Virus record (IMG/VR): IMGVR_UViG_3300031552_000002
Coordinates: 1 to 64,000 of that record
Source: a virus
DNA length: 64,000 nucleotides
Reading direction: 5' to 3' (one strand)
In this document: positions 9,623-17,765 of the stretch, one piece after another
How positions within the stretch are numbered: the stretch's first letter is position 1
Layout of the letters: every line of letters starts with the position of its first letter
Translations under genes and position numbers: made by a program
The notes under the pieces: model-generated
Told to the model about the DNA's origin: nothing
The model's input: the letters and a program-made list of their open reading frames with translations, nothing else
The model's database searches: none

Positions 9623-9758
9623 CGTCTCCCTCCTGCCAGGAGGGCAGTCCGCTGGGTCGCTGTAGCGCTGTAGCGTCGATGGTTCTTCACGGCACTATCG
9701 GAGCACACCTCAGAGGAACGGGGCTGTCACCAAGTCCACCTTGCGCAGCTGAAGACCG

Positions 9759-9799
9759 GAAGGCGCCGCCCCACCGGTCAGGGTAGGGCGGCGCCTTCG
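9759..9799. terminator. GC-rich hairpin
   Basis: GAAGGCGCCGCCC / GGGCGGCGCCTTC. Confidence 0.6.
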
Positions 9800-9807
9800 C
9801 GGAGACG

Positions 9808-10230
9808 TCAGGCCGGAGAATCCAAGATGCCGAGTCTCCGACCGGACCGGTCCTGGAGAATCATCCGGCGCGAACCGGGCCAGCAAGGGGACGCGACGAT
9901 CCTGCCCTCGTCCAGGGGGGCAGCCAGGGCGTGGAGGCCCTGGTCCGAGGTGACGGTCACCTCATACAGTGCCCGGGCCAGGCCGGGCCACTGGGCCAAG
10001 GTCATTTCGGAGCTGATGCCGGTCAGGGCCCCTCCCAGGGCCCCTGCGATCCGGCGTGCTGCCCTGTTCGCTGCCTGGTGCCCCGAGGTGTCCACGGGGA
10101 CGCTCAGGGGCGGGATCCTGCGTATCTCCAGATACGCGGTGCCGTTTTCGGCGATGGTGATGGCCCACCCATCGCCTGTGGGGAGGTTCGCGAGCGCCTC
10201 ACCCATGGTCAGCGCTGTGGTGATGGTCAT
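9808..10230 (-). CDS. hypothetical protein
   Basis: GAGAGGACACC RBS. Confidence 0.6.
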   Translation of the reverse strand: MTITTALTMGEALANLPTGDGWAITIAENGTAYLEIRRIPPLSVPVDTSGHQAANRAARRIAGALGGALTGISSEMTLAQWPGLARALYEVTVTSDQGLHALAAPLDEGRIVASPCWPGSRRMILQDRSGRRLGILDSPA

Positions 10231-10251
10231 GGTGTCCTCTCAGGAAGAGTT

Positions 10252-10285
10252 CTGGGGTGCCAGGGGTGGGCCCCTGGCACCCCAG
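10252..10285. terminator. perfect 15-bp intergenic hairpin
   Basis: CTGGGGTGCCAGGGG-TGGG-CCCCTGGCACCCCAG. Confidence 0.55.
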
Positions 10286-10289
10286 TTGG

Positions 10290-10610
10290 TCAGGCGGCGT
10301 CCGCGAGGATCTTGGCGTAGTGCCTCACCCCATCGAAGACGTCGTGGAGGGCGTCCTCGGAGAGGAACGCGTAGTTGATGTCCTCTAGCCTGTCGAAGGT
10401 CTCGTCAATGGCGTCCTGCCATTCCTGCGTGGTGATGGTGTTCGCGGCGATGGCCGCGTCCACGCGCGCTGCCTGCGTGAGCAGGTAGGTCGCGTCCTGG
10501 ATCCAGGAGGCGTGCTCGCGGTCGTTCTCGATTCCGAGCTGGGCGCGGAGGAAGTCCGCTGTCGTCTCGGTGACGGTGGCGGTGGTGGTGATGGTGATGG
10601 TGGCGTTCAT
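10290..10610 (-). CDS. small acidic hypothetical protein (MNAT-start cassette)
   Basis: AGGAGGACACC RBS; promoter at 10655-10683. Confidence 0.7.
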   Translation of the reverse strand: MNATITITTTATVTETTADFLRAQLGIENDREHASWIQDATYLLTQAARVDAAIAANTITTQEWQDAIDETFDRLEDINYAFLSEDALHDVFDGVRHYAKILADAA

Positions 10611-10684
10611 GGTGTCCTCCTGGTGGTGGTGGGGTGAACCTTGCCGACACCTGAATACTGTCAGGTGCGGCGGGCGTTGTCAAC
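10599..10684 (-). repeat. 86-bp perfect inverted repeat, left copy (promoter, RBS, first 4 codons)
   Basis: Exact reverse complement of 11962..12047. Confidence 0.95.
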
Positions 10685-10747
10685 GCGAACACGGGAACCA
10701 CCAAAACCGTGGTGCCCCTGACCGAGGCCAGGGGCACCACCACACCG

Positions 10748-11329
10748 TCAGCTGAACCTCACCGAGGCCAGCTGCTTCTCGGTGAGCTGCCCCTCCCTCA
10801 GGTGTCGTGCCCCACTGAGATCGGCCCCGGACAGGCGCGCCCCGGCGAACTGCACGCCGAACAGGTCCGCCCACCGGAGATCGGCATCGGTGAGGTCCGC
10901 GCCGGTCAGGTCCGCGCCGGACAGGTCTGCGCCGGACAGATTCGCACAGATGAATTTCGCTTTCCACGCGTTGGCCCATCTGAGGTCTGCGCCGGTGAAA
11001 TCGGCACCTGAACAGGACGCGTCGACGAGGTCGGCCGCAATGAGCTTGGCGCCGGTGAGATTCGCGGTGGACAGATCCGCGCCGGTCAGATCGGCTTTGA
11101 TCAGATCCGCTGCGATCATCTGAACGCTGTGCGCGCAGACGCTGATGAGCTTCGTCCTGTAGAACGAGGCCGAGGTCGCTGTCGCCATTGTCAAGTTGGC
11201 GCCGGTGAGATTTGCGTCAGAGAAGTTGCCGCGGAGCAGGTTCGCCCGGCGCAGGTCTGCGCCGGGCAGGTCGGCTCTGGTGAGATTCGCGGCAGCGTAG
11301 TTTTTCTTGGTCTTGGCCTGGGTGTTCAT
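10748..11329 (-). CDS. pentapeptide repeat protein
   Basis: A(D/N)L(T/S)G repeats throughout. Confidence 0.9.
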   Translation of the reverse strand: MNTQAKTKKNYAAANLTRADLPGADLRRANLLRGNFSDANLTGANLTMATATSASFYRTKLISVCAHSVQMIAADLIKADLTGADLSTANLTGAKLIAADLVDASCSGADFTGADLRWANAWKAKFICANLSGADLSGADLTGADLTDADLRWADLFGVQFAGARLSGADLSGARHLREGQLTEKQLASVRFS

Positions 11330-11357
11330 GGTGCCCTCCTCGTTTACTGGCATCCAC

Positions 11358-11386
11358 ATACTGTCACCCTCAGTGCCCACTGTCAA
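11358..11386 (-). promoter_or_regulatory. repeated promoter
   Basis: TTGACA-N14-TGA-CAGTAT. Confidence 0.75.
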
Positions 11387-11487
11387 CGCGAGGCACGCAA
11401 CGCCGCCCCCCGATGACAGGCTATGCCTGCCAGACCGGCCCTCGACGGCTCCCAAAAAACTGCCGGCCCCAGGCCGTTCAGTTGTCG

Positions 11488-11516
11488 TTGATAGCTGCTC
11501 TAGCACGTGACGGTAT
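11488..11516 (+). promoter_or_regulatory. repeated promoter, variant
   Basis: TTGATA-N14-TGA-CGGTAT. Confidence 0.55.
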
Positions 11517-11549
11517 TGGCGCAACAGCATTCGAGCCAAGGGAGTCATC

Positions 11550-11933
11550 ATGAGATCGATATGGATGTTCCAGATCGAGCACCTCGTCGCCCCGTACACG
11601 ACCCGCAGCGACGACGGGACGATTGACTGGGGGGAGCCGGACCCCAACTATGTCGCGCTCATGCGGTCGATCATGAGAGGTGGGGCCTTTATCGTCATCT
11701 CCACCGATAAGGTATCGAAGGACAAGGCTCAGGGGCTCCACGGCTGGCTGGACAAGCACCACATCCCGGCGGGCCTTGCAGTCACAAGCAGCAGCACCGA
11801 CAGCCGCGACCACCTCGACCGGGCCAACGAGTGGCTTCGGGAGAACCTCAGCCCCGACGCCAAGGTGCTGGGGGCATTCACCCAGCCCCTTGACGGAGAC
11901 TGGCAGTCAGAGCACCTGGTCATGTATCCGTGA
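11550..11933 (+). CDS. degenerate HAD/PNKP-phosphatase-like protein, paralogue of 16094..16525
   Basis: Near-identical core to 16094..16525; aligns by eye to 32558..32989 but lacks DxD. Confidence 0.6.
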   Translation: MRSIWMFQIEHLVAPYTTRSDDGTIDWGEPDPNYVALMRSIMRGGAFIVISTDKVSKDKAQGLHGWLDKHHIPAGLAVTSSSTDSRDHLDRANEWLRENLSPDAKVLGAFTQPLDGDWQSEHLVMYP

Positions 11934-11961
11934 TGCGGTCGCCAGATGTCTCGGCGTAATG

Positions 11962-12047
11962 GTTGACAACGCCCGCCGCACCTGACAGTATTCAGGTGTC
12001 GGCAAGGTTCACCCCACCACCACCAGGAGGACACCATGAACGCCACC
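11962..12047 (+). repeat. 86-bp perfect inverted repeat, right copy
   Basis: TTGACA 11963-68, CAGTAT 11986-91, AGGAGG, ATG 12036. Confidence 0.95.
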
Positions 12048-12395
12048 CGCGAGATCTGCAGCTGGAACAACATCGCCACCAGTACGCTCCGGGTCGAGGA
12101 CTGCGTCAGCGACTACCTGTCAGGTGGCGGCGTCGAGTTCGGCGAGCGCTGCTCCGCCACCGGGAGCTATGCCCGGATGGTCGATGGCTACCGGGACGCG
12201 ATCAACGAGGCTTTCCCCGAGGGCATCTCCCTCAACGGGGACGTCGTGTATGGCCCCGCCGACACCGACATCGCGCTTGAGACGCTCCGCGAGATCGTCG
12301 AAGAGATCGACCTCGGCGCGATCGTCGAGCGTCACGACCCCGACCGCCACGGCAACCGCGAGGTCGCCGAGGTCACCGGACGCCACGACCGCTGA
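12036..12395 (+). CDS. acidic hypothetical protein, paralogue of 34197..34508
   Basis: MNATREICSW vs MGATREICNW; YRDAI/YREAL. Confidence 0.7.
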   Translation: MNATREICSWNNIATSTLRVEDCVSDYLSGGGVEFGERCSATGSYARMVDGYRDAINEAFPEGISLNGDVVYGPADTDIALETLREIVEEIDLGAIVERHDPDRHGNREVAEVTGRHDR

Positions 12396-12404
12396 CCAGC
12401 CAGG

Positions 12405-12444
12405 CGGAAGGCCCCACCCCAGCATCCCGGGGTGGGGCCTTCCG
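12405..12444. terminator. hairpin between convergent genes
   Basis: GGAAGGCCCCACCCC-AGCATCCC-GGGGTGGGGCCTTCC. Confidence 0.7.
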
Positions 12445-12489
12445 TCTGTCCAAGACCATCCATCGGGCCTTGTGGCCAGGCGGATTCCC

Positions 12490-13191
12490 CTACGGATCGG
12501 TGTAGGTACGCCAGGCGCGGGTGATGACCCCGGACCCGGGGAACAGGTCGTCCAGGGTGTCCCCGGGCTGGGCGTTGAGCAGGTCGAAGACCCACCGGGC
12601 GAAAACCGGTGGCTTGGTGCCGATGACACGGCCCGGGACAGTAGTCATGGGCGTCACCCCGTGCACGAGGGAGTCAGGCACTGCTTCCCCGTCAGGGTCA
12701 CGAGGCCGGGACGGCACATACAGTACGGGCTCCCACGCGGTCAGGGGGTTGCGGGACCGCGTAGGCCGGGGGCCCCGGTGCCACGCGGCGACACGGACCC
12801 CGCGCGGGCACAGGCCCAGGACCGCGGGTAGGGCGCTGGCCGAGGTTGACAGGGCCCATCCGTCATACCCGCAGAGCCGACGGATCAGCACGGCATGATC
12901 GACCTCCCCGGCGTAGTCCGGGTGATCCCGGTAGTAGTGCGCGAGCCCGGGGTACGGGGGGTCAGCGTAGGCCAGCCGCCGAGGACCCCCAGGGCAGGCA
13001 GGACCGGCGGTGCCGACGACCCGGGCGAACCTGGCCCGGGCCTGCCGGCAACGCTGCGAGCAGGTCAGGGCGTCGGACCGGGCGGCGGCCGGCAGGGGGC
13101 CCTCGCACCACGCGCAGGTGCGGGTAGCCGTCGAGTCCGGCCGCGGGCGACGGCTCAGGCCCCGCCCCGGGGCAGGGGCGGTGTCAGACAT
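12490..13191 (-). CDS. amino (N6A/N4C) DNA methyltransferase with N-terminal Zn finger
   Basis: YADPPY, TKP, DLFPGSG; CAWC..CSQRC. Confidence 0.8.
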   Translation of the reverse strand: MSDTAPAPGRGLSRRPRPDSTATRTCAWCEGPLPAAARSDALTCSQRCRQARARFARVVGTAGPACPGGPRRLAYADPPYPGLAHYYRDHPDYAGEVDHAVLIRRLCGYDGWALSTSASALPAVLGLCPRGVRVAAWHRGPRPTRSRNPLTAWEPVLYVPSRPRDPDGEAVPDSLVHGVTPMTTVPGRVIGTKPPVFARWVFDLLNAQPGDTLDDLFPGSGVITRAWRTYTDP

Positions 13192-13303
13192 GGCCGGTCA
13201 GGGTCCAGTGGTTGGCGGCGGTGCGGACCTGGACGCCGGGGACTTGCATGGCCCCGGTGCTTGATCCGCCCGCCCCGCAGAACAGATCAGTCATGGTGAT
13301 CAT
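13184..13303 (-). pseudogene. 39-codon N-terminal remnant of a C5 cytosine methyltransferase
   Basis: Hand translation MITMTDLFCGAGGSSTGAMQVPGVQVRTAANHWTLTGHV* (motif I FxGxGG plus AANHW). Confidence 0.75.
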
Positions 13304-13902
13304 CGCAGGTCCCTGAAGTTGGTAATGATGGTGTCATCGTTGGCGACCTGCTCAGCCTTAAGACCGGTGGCTGTCGGCCAGCACGCGCCGGGGCACAGGA
13401 GGGGAGTTAGGGCCCTGGCGGTGGCAGCGCTGGTGGTCTGCAGGTACAGGCCACTGGCCGTGACCGTGATGTGCCAGAGGTCCGCCAGGTTTATGGGGGA
13501 CCCGGGGACGGTCAGGGCCTCGTGCAGGCGGGCCAGGTGGCCGATCATGGCGCTGGAACCCGGGATGCGGTGCTGGATCAGCACCCGGGCGTCGTGAATG
13601 ATCGTGACGTCCGCGTAGTGCCCCCACGGTGTCGGCGCCCCGGACCCGGACCATTGAGTCAGCGGCGGGTGCGTGTTCTTGGACGGCGGGACCCCCAGGC
13701 GGTCAGCGAACACCTGGGCCGCCTCGACAGAGGCCATGGCCAGGGTCAGGTAGGGGGATCCCGGCTGGCACTGGTAGGTCGCGATACCGATGCTGTCGAT
13801 CTGTCCGGCCTCGGCGGGCAGCTGCCTGAGCAGGGCCAGCAGATCTGCCACGTGGGCCCCCGGGGAGGCGTACGAAACGGGCCGGTCGGTGCTGTCGGTC
13901 AT
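13300..13902 (-). CDS. hypothetical protein
   Basis: AGAGAGGAC RBS. Confidence 0.6.
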   Translation of the reverse strand: MTDSTDRPVSYASPGAHVADLLALLRQLPAEAGQIDSIGIATYQCQPGSPYLTLAMASVEAAQVFADRLGVPPSKNTHPPLTQWSGSGAPTPWGHYADVTIIHDARVLIQHRIPGSSAMIGHLARLHEALTVPGSPINLADLWHITVTASGLYLQTTSAATARALTPLLCPGACWPTATGLKAEQVANDDTIITNFRDLR

Positions 13903-13935
13903 GGTGATGTCCTCTCTGTGCTGGTGGTCAGGAGT

Positions 13936-13993
13936 GCCCTGGCCCGGTCTGACTCCGGGTGTCCCGCTCACGTCCCTGCGCGGGGTCCAGGGC
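13936..13993 (-). ncRNA. tRNA-like three-way-junction element, copy A
   Basis: GCCCTGG-AC-CCCGC[12]GCGGG-ACA-CCCGG[AGTCAGA]CCGGG-CCAGGGC. Confidence 0.6.
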
Positions 13994-14003
13994 TGGCCTG
14001 GTG

Positions 14004-14732
14004 TCAGATCTCCCAGGAGGCTTCTCGTAGGCAGTCCTCGCACCACCAACGCGGTGCGAGTTCCTCATTGTCGTCGGAGGGAGCGGACCCGGGGCAGGCG
14101 CCGGGGCCAGCAAGCCACCACTCGACGGCGGACGGGTCGGGGGCGGACACCAGTTCGGGGACCTCAGGCACGGCCCGGTGGCACCTGTGGCATTTCCCCA
14201 GGGCGCCCTGGGCGGCCTGGCCCTGTGCCTCCTGGGCGGGGGGTGTTTCTCGGATCTCCCGCAGGTAGACCCCGAGAGCCTCCAGGGTGACGTGATGCTC
14301 CGGCTTGGTGGCGAGGGCGGACAACAGCCCGTGCAGACGCCACAGCCATTGACGGTCGGTGCTGGTAGGGGCGGGGCGGTGTGCCTTCAGCGCGCGGAGG
14401 ATCACGGCCTGGTCGGCGCCATACTGCTGTGCCAGGACTGAGGCGAGAGCCTCCACCCCAGCCCCCTCCACGGGGATCTGCCGTTCTTTGTCGAAGATCA
14501 AGCCGTCGGACTTACGTCCGATGACCTGCGTGAGCGCGGTCTCTCTGACGTCCCAGTGCCCACCAGACAGCTGTAGGACGGCCAGTTCGACATCGTGGCC
14601 GTCACCGGTCTCGGCGTCGACGACGGTGAGAGACACCTCACTGTCAGCGAGTGGGACGTCGCTGAAGAAACCGCCTCGAATGCGGATCTCGGTTCCCGGG
14701 TGGTAGAGATCCCCGATGGGGTACATGACCAT
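14004..14732 (-). CDS. hypothetical protein; N-terminal domain paralogous to 14833..15186
   Basis: Shared LQLS.G.WDVRE..L.Q..GRK.D..ERQIPVEG.G.EALAS. Confidence 0.7.
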   Translation of the reverse strand: MVMYPIGDLYHPGTEIRIRGGFFSDVPLADSEVSLTVVDAETGDGHDVELAVLQLSGGHWDVRETALTQVIGRKSDGLIFDKERQIPVEGAGVEALASVLAQQYGADQAVILRALKAHRPAPTSTDRQWLWRLHGLLSALATKPEHHVTLEALGVYLREIRETPPAQEAQGQAAQGALGKCHRCHRAVPEVPELVSAPDPSAVEWWLAGPGACPGSAPSDDNEELAPRWWCEDCLREASWEI

Positions 14733-14765
14733 GATCTTGTCCTCTCTGGGGGTGATGCTGGTCGT

Positions 14766-14822
14766 GCCCTGGCCCGGTCCGACTCCGGGTGTCCCGCTCG
14801 CGTCCTGCGCGGGGTCCAGGGC
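14766..14822 (-). ncRNA. tRNA-like three-way-junction element, copy B
   Basis: GCCCTGG-AC-CCCGC[11]GCGGG-ACA-CCCGG[AGTCGGA]CCGGG-CCAGGGC. Confidence 0.6.
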
Positions 14823-14832
14823 TGGTCTGGGG

Positions 14833-15186
14833 TCAGGCATCCGGGCCGGGGTGTGCCTGGAGGGCGCGGAGGATCACGGCCTGGTTTGCTCCGTACTCCT
14901 GAGCCAGGGCTGAGGCGAGGGCCTCCAGTCCGGTCCCCTCTACGGGGATCTGCCGTTCCTCGTCGTACACCCAGCTGTCGAACTTGCGTCCGACGAGCTG
15001 CCCGAGGATTGCCTCTCGGACGTCCCAAGAACCGTTCGACAGCTGTAGGACGGTCAGCTCGGCGTCGTACCCGTTGCCGGTGTCGGCGTCGGTGACGGCG
15101 AGATCCATCTCACAGTCTGTGAGTGGACCGTAAATGTCGATCTCGGTCCCCTGGTGGTACTCCTTGCCGATGGCGTACATGACCAT
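14833..15186 (-). CDS. hypothetical protein, tandem paralogue
   Basis: AGAGAGGACAC RBS; homology to the next gene. Confidence 0.7.
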   Translation of the reverse strand: MVMYAIGKEYHQGTEIDIYGPLTDCEMDLAVTDADTGNGYDAELTVLQLSNGSWDVREAILGQLVGRKFDSWVYDEERQIPVEGTGLEALASALAQEYGANQAVILRALQAHPGPDA

Positions 15187-15216
15187 GGTCGTGTCCTCTC
15201 TGGTGGTGTTGTGGTC

Positions 15217-15274
15217 TGGCGCCTTGCCCCGGTCTGACTCCGGGCGCCCGCCTCAGTGGTGGCGGTGGCAAGGC
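15217..15274 (-). ncRNA. tRNA-like three-way-junction element, copy C, ending in GCCA
   Basis: GCCTTGC-CA-CCGCC[8]GGCGG-GCG-CCCGG[AGTCAGA]CCGGG-GCAAGGC-GCCA; compensatory changes relative to A and B. Confidence 0.6.
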
Positions 15275-15281
15275 TGGTGGT

Positions 15282-15653
15282 TCAACGTGCCGAGCGGCGT
15301 GCTGCTTCAGCTCTCCGGTAGCGGGTAGCCCACCGGCGGACGAGCTTCCTAAGCTCGGTGGCCTCTGTTGGTGTCACGAAGACGTAGCCCTGCTGACAGC
15401 GCGTCAGCTGGTGGAGCTCGACCCAGCCCGGAGTCGAGTACTCCCAGGACTTGAAGAGTGGGCGGAGCACGGCGAGGAAAGCCTCGTCGTAGTTCCAGCC
15501 CCAGCTGGCGTTCCTGACGACGCTGTCGTCATCGATGACGGTGACGGCGTCGAGGGCGTCGGCGGGGACGCGGGGAGCGTTCCCCGGCTTCTGGGCCGGG
15601 TTCACTGTCGCCGGAATTCCGGCGATCAGCTCGCTCACCGTTTTCTCGCTCAT
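15282..15653 (-). CDS. hypothetical protein
   Basis: GGGAGGAG RBS. Confidence 0.65.
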   Translation of the reverse strand: MSEKTVSELIAGIPATVNPAQKPGNAPRVPADALDAVTVIDDDSVVRNASWGWNYDEAFLAVLRPLFKSWEYSTPGWVELHQLTRCQQGYVFVTPTEATELRKLVRRWATRYRRAEAARRSAR

Positions 15654-15683
15654 GGTGGCTCCTCCCTTCGGTGTCGTCGGTGA

Positions 15684-15938
15684 TCAGGCGGCGAGCGCGG
15701 TCTCGATGATCTCGCCCGCCTCGTCACCGGTGAGGTAGGCGATGGTCTCGCTGACCACCGGGTCGATGTTGCTGGCGCTGATGGGGGTGTCGGCGCCGAT
15801 GTTGAGGGTGTAGGTGACGCGTCCCACCGCCAGGTTCTCGGCGACGCCGTTGTTGGCGCCGAGGGCCGCGAGTTCGGCGTTGAGGTACTCCTCGACCAGG
15901 TCGCTGATGAGGTCGGTGACGGTGGGGGTGGCGTTCAT
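15684..15938 (-). CDS. small acidic hypothetical protein (MNAT-start cassette)
   Basis: GAGGAGGACACC RBS. Confidence 0.7.
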   Translation of the reverse strand: MNATPTVTDLISDLVEEYLNAELAALGANNGVAENLAVGRVTYTLNIGADTPISASNIDPVVSETIAYLTGDEAGEIIETALAA

Positions 15939-15971
15939 GGTGTCCTCCTCGGCTCACGTTCTGACATCCAC

Positions 15972-16000
15972 ATACTGTCATGTGCCGTAGGTGCTGTCAA
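15972..16000 (-). promoter_or_regulatory. repeated promoter
   Basis: TTGACA-N14-TGA-CAGTAT followed by GTGGATGTCA. Confidence 0.75.
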
Positions 16001-16048
16001 CCTGAGACGCTGAGACACGCCCAGGAACATGCGGAAGGCCAGCAACCA

Positions 16049-16084
16049 GAAGGGCGCCCGCCGGAACTCCGGCGGGCGCCCTTC
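16049..16084. terminator. perfect hairpin
   Basis: GAAGGGCGCCCGCCGGA-AC-TCCGGCGGGCGCCCTTC. Confidence 0.65.
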
Positions 16085-16093
16085 GAGGGGTGA

Positions 16094-16525
16094 TCACATC
16101 ACCTGTAGGTGATCTGCACTTCCAGATCCGTAACTGAACGCCCCTAGCACCTTGGCGCTGGGGTAGAGGTTTTCCCGGAGCCACTCGTTGGCCCGGTCCA
16201 CATGGTCACGACTGTCGGTGTTACTGCTCACGATGGTCAGGCCCGCCGGGATGTGGTGCTTGTCCAGCCAGCCGTGGAGCCCCTGAGCCTTGTCCTTCGA
16301 CACCAGGTCGGTGGAGGCCACGATGAAGGCCCCACCCCTCATGAGCGACCGCATGAGCGCGGCATAGCCAGGATCCGGCTCCCCCCAAGAAATCACCCCA
16401 CCATCACCCAGCACCGGGGCCGGAGCGACAAGGTACTCGATGTCGAACATCCAAGCCGACCGCCTGACTACTCCCTTAGCTCGACGGAGAAGGTACTCGA
16501 TGTCGAACATCCAAACTGACCGCAT
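16094..16525 (-). CDS. degenerate HAD-like protein with duplicated N-terminus
   Basis: WMFDIEYL occurs twice; paralogue of 11550..11933. Confidence 0.65.
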   Translation of the reverse strand: MRSVWMFDIEYLLRRAKGVVRRSAWMFDIEYLVAPAPVLGDGGVISWGEPDPGYAALMRSLMRGGAFIVASTDLVSKDKAQGLHGWLDKHHIPAGLTIVSSNTDSRDHVDRANEWLRENLYPSAKVLGAFSYGSGSADHLQVM

Positions 16526-16542
16526 GACTACTCCCTTAGCTC
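16430..16542. repeat. 60-bp-period tandem duplication
   Basis: 16430-16482 vs 16490-16542, 3 mismatches. Confidence 0.9.
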
Positions 16543-17045
16543 AGGTGGGGCGGGATGGTCCCAGCCCTCGGGATGATGTCGCCAATGTCGTCCCGGATGA
16601 TGTCCCCCCCGTCACCCTCACCGGGCCTCTCGTGCGCCGACCCGGCGGCGAGTCCGCGCAGTGCCGATGACACGTCCGTCATCCTGTCCCGTAGCGGGTC
16701 GATGTCTTCATTCCGGACTCGGAACGTCTTCACTCCGGACCCGTCTGTCAGCTCGGTGCTGATCGTCGCGCCGCCACAGAATCCGCTGTCGAAATCGATG
16801 GCGACGAGCTTCGAGCGGAATCGCTGCCGGTCCTCGTCGGGAGAGAACCCGTCGTTACCGAACTCGGGGTCGTCGACGAATCCCTCAGGTTCGAGTTCGA
16901 CCCAGCTGCGAGGATGCTGGGTCAGGGCTGCGCGCAGGGCGTCCCGGTAGGTGTTGTGGAGCCCTGGGGTGCGCCAGTCGGCGTCCCCGGCAATGATCCA
17001 CGTCCCGGTCTCATCGGATTCGGTGGCGTGTGGTCCAACAATCAT
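16536..17045 (-). CDS. hypothetical protein, paralogue of the N-terminal half of 27310..28419
   Basis: GP.AT..IA.DADW..PG.HN.YR.AL..ALT.H and IP..GT.P.HLS. Confidence 0.7.
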   Translation of the reverse strand: MIVGPHATESDETGTWIIAGDADWRTPGLHNTYRDALRAALTQHPRSWVELEPEGFVDDPEFGNDGFSPDEDRQRFRSKLVAIDFDSGFCGGATISTELTDGSGVKTFRVRNEDIDPLRDRMTDVSSALRGLAAGSAHERPGEGDGGDIIRDDIGDIIPRAGTIPPHLS

Positions 17046-17086
17046 GGTGTCCTCCGCGTCATCGTCGTCATCGTCCCGACGTCCAC

Positions 17087-17115
17087 ATACTGTCACGTGC
17101 GGCTGTCATTGTCAA
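17087..17115 (-). promoter_or_regulatory. repeated promoter
   Basis: TTGACA-N14-TGA-CAGTAT. Confidence 0.75.
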
Positions 17116-17136
17116 TGCGGAATACACGCCCCCACG

Positions 17137-17667
17137 TCATCCCTGCGAGCACGGCCCCAGCCGCTCACCGTCGAGAGTCGTCACACCTTCCCCCAGGTGC
17201 GCATCGCGGCTGATCTGACTTCCATGCGAGAGGATCACGTTCCGCTCGACGTCCGAACCGGAGCCGACGAATGATCCACTACCGATGAGGGCGTTCCTCC
17301 CTATCGTGACCCTTTCTCCGATCTGGACGGCGATCCCGACGACAACGGCGTCATGGATATGCGTCGCGTCTCCGACTCGGAGCCCATGCCCGAGGTCCGT
17401 GTGGCCACCATCGATGACGACGTCATCACCGATCTCGGAGCCGATCCCGAGGCTCGCGCCGATGCGCGACCTTGCCCCGATCTTCACCCCGAACCCGATC
17501 TTGACGTCATCCTCGATCTTGGTGTCTTCCCCGACGTCAGATCCAGCGAAGATCACCGCACGCCTGCCCACCTCGACCCCGGGGCCGATCTTTACCCAAG
17601 GGCCTACGGTGGCCGTCTCGTCGATAGTGGCCGTCTCGTTGATGGTGGCCGTCTTGTCGATGCCCAT
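17137..17667 (-). CDS. left-handed beta-helix (hexapeptide repeat) protein
   Basis: [IV]Gxxxx repeats over the whole length; AAGGAGG RBS. Confidence 0.85.
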   Translation of the reverse strand: MGIDKTATINETATIDETATVGPWVKIGPGVEVGRRAVIFAGSDVGEDTKIEDDVKIGFGVKIGARSRIGASLGIGSEIGDDVVIDGGHTDLGHGLRVGDATHIHDAVVVGIAVQIGERVTIGRNALIGSGSFVGSGSDVERNVILSHGSQISRDAHLGEGVTTLDGERLGPCSQG

Positions 17668-17765
17668 TGACTTCCTCCTTGTCAGAATCCGTTGTCTCCG
17701 CGGTCCCGCCGGTCCGTCTACCCGTCGCTGGCGGCCGCAGGCGACGAATGACGACGTGCTCGTGC

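Noticed and set aside
13936-15274. Canonical tRNA genes, hammerhead ribozymes or a CRISPR array
   Set aside because: Only two internal arms, no TTCRA loop, no CUGANGA/GAAA core, and the spacers are whole genes.
17137-17667. Functional LpxA/LpxD acyltransferase
   Set aside because: Only the hexapeptide repeats are present; no accessory domains or pathway context.
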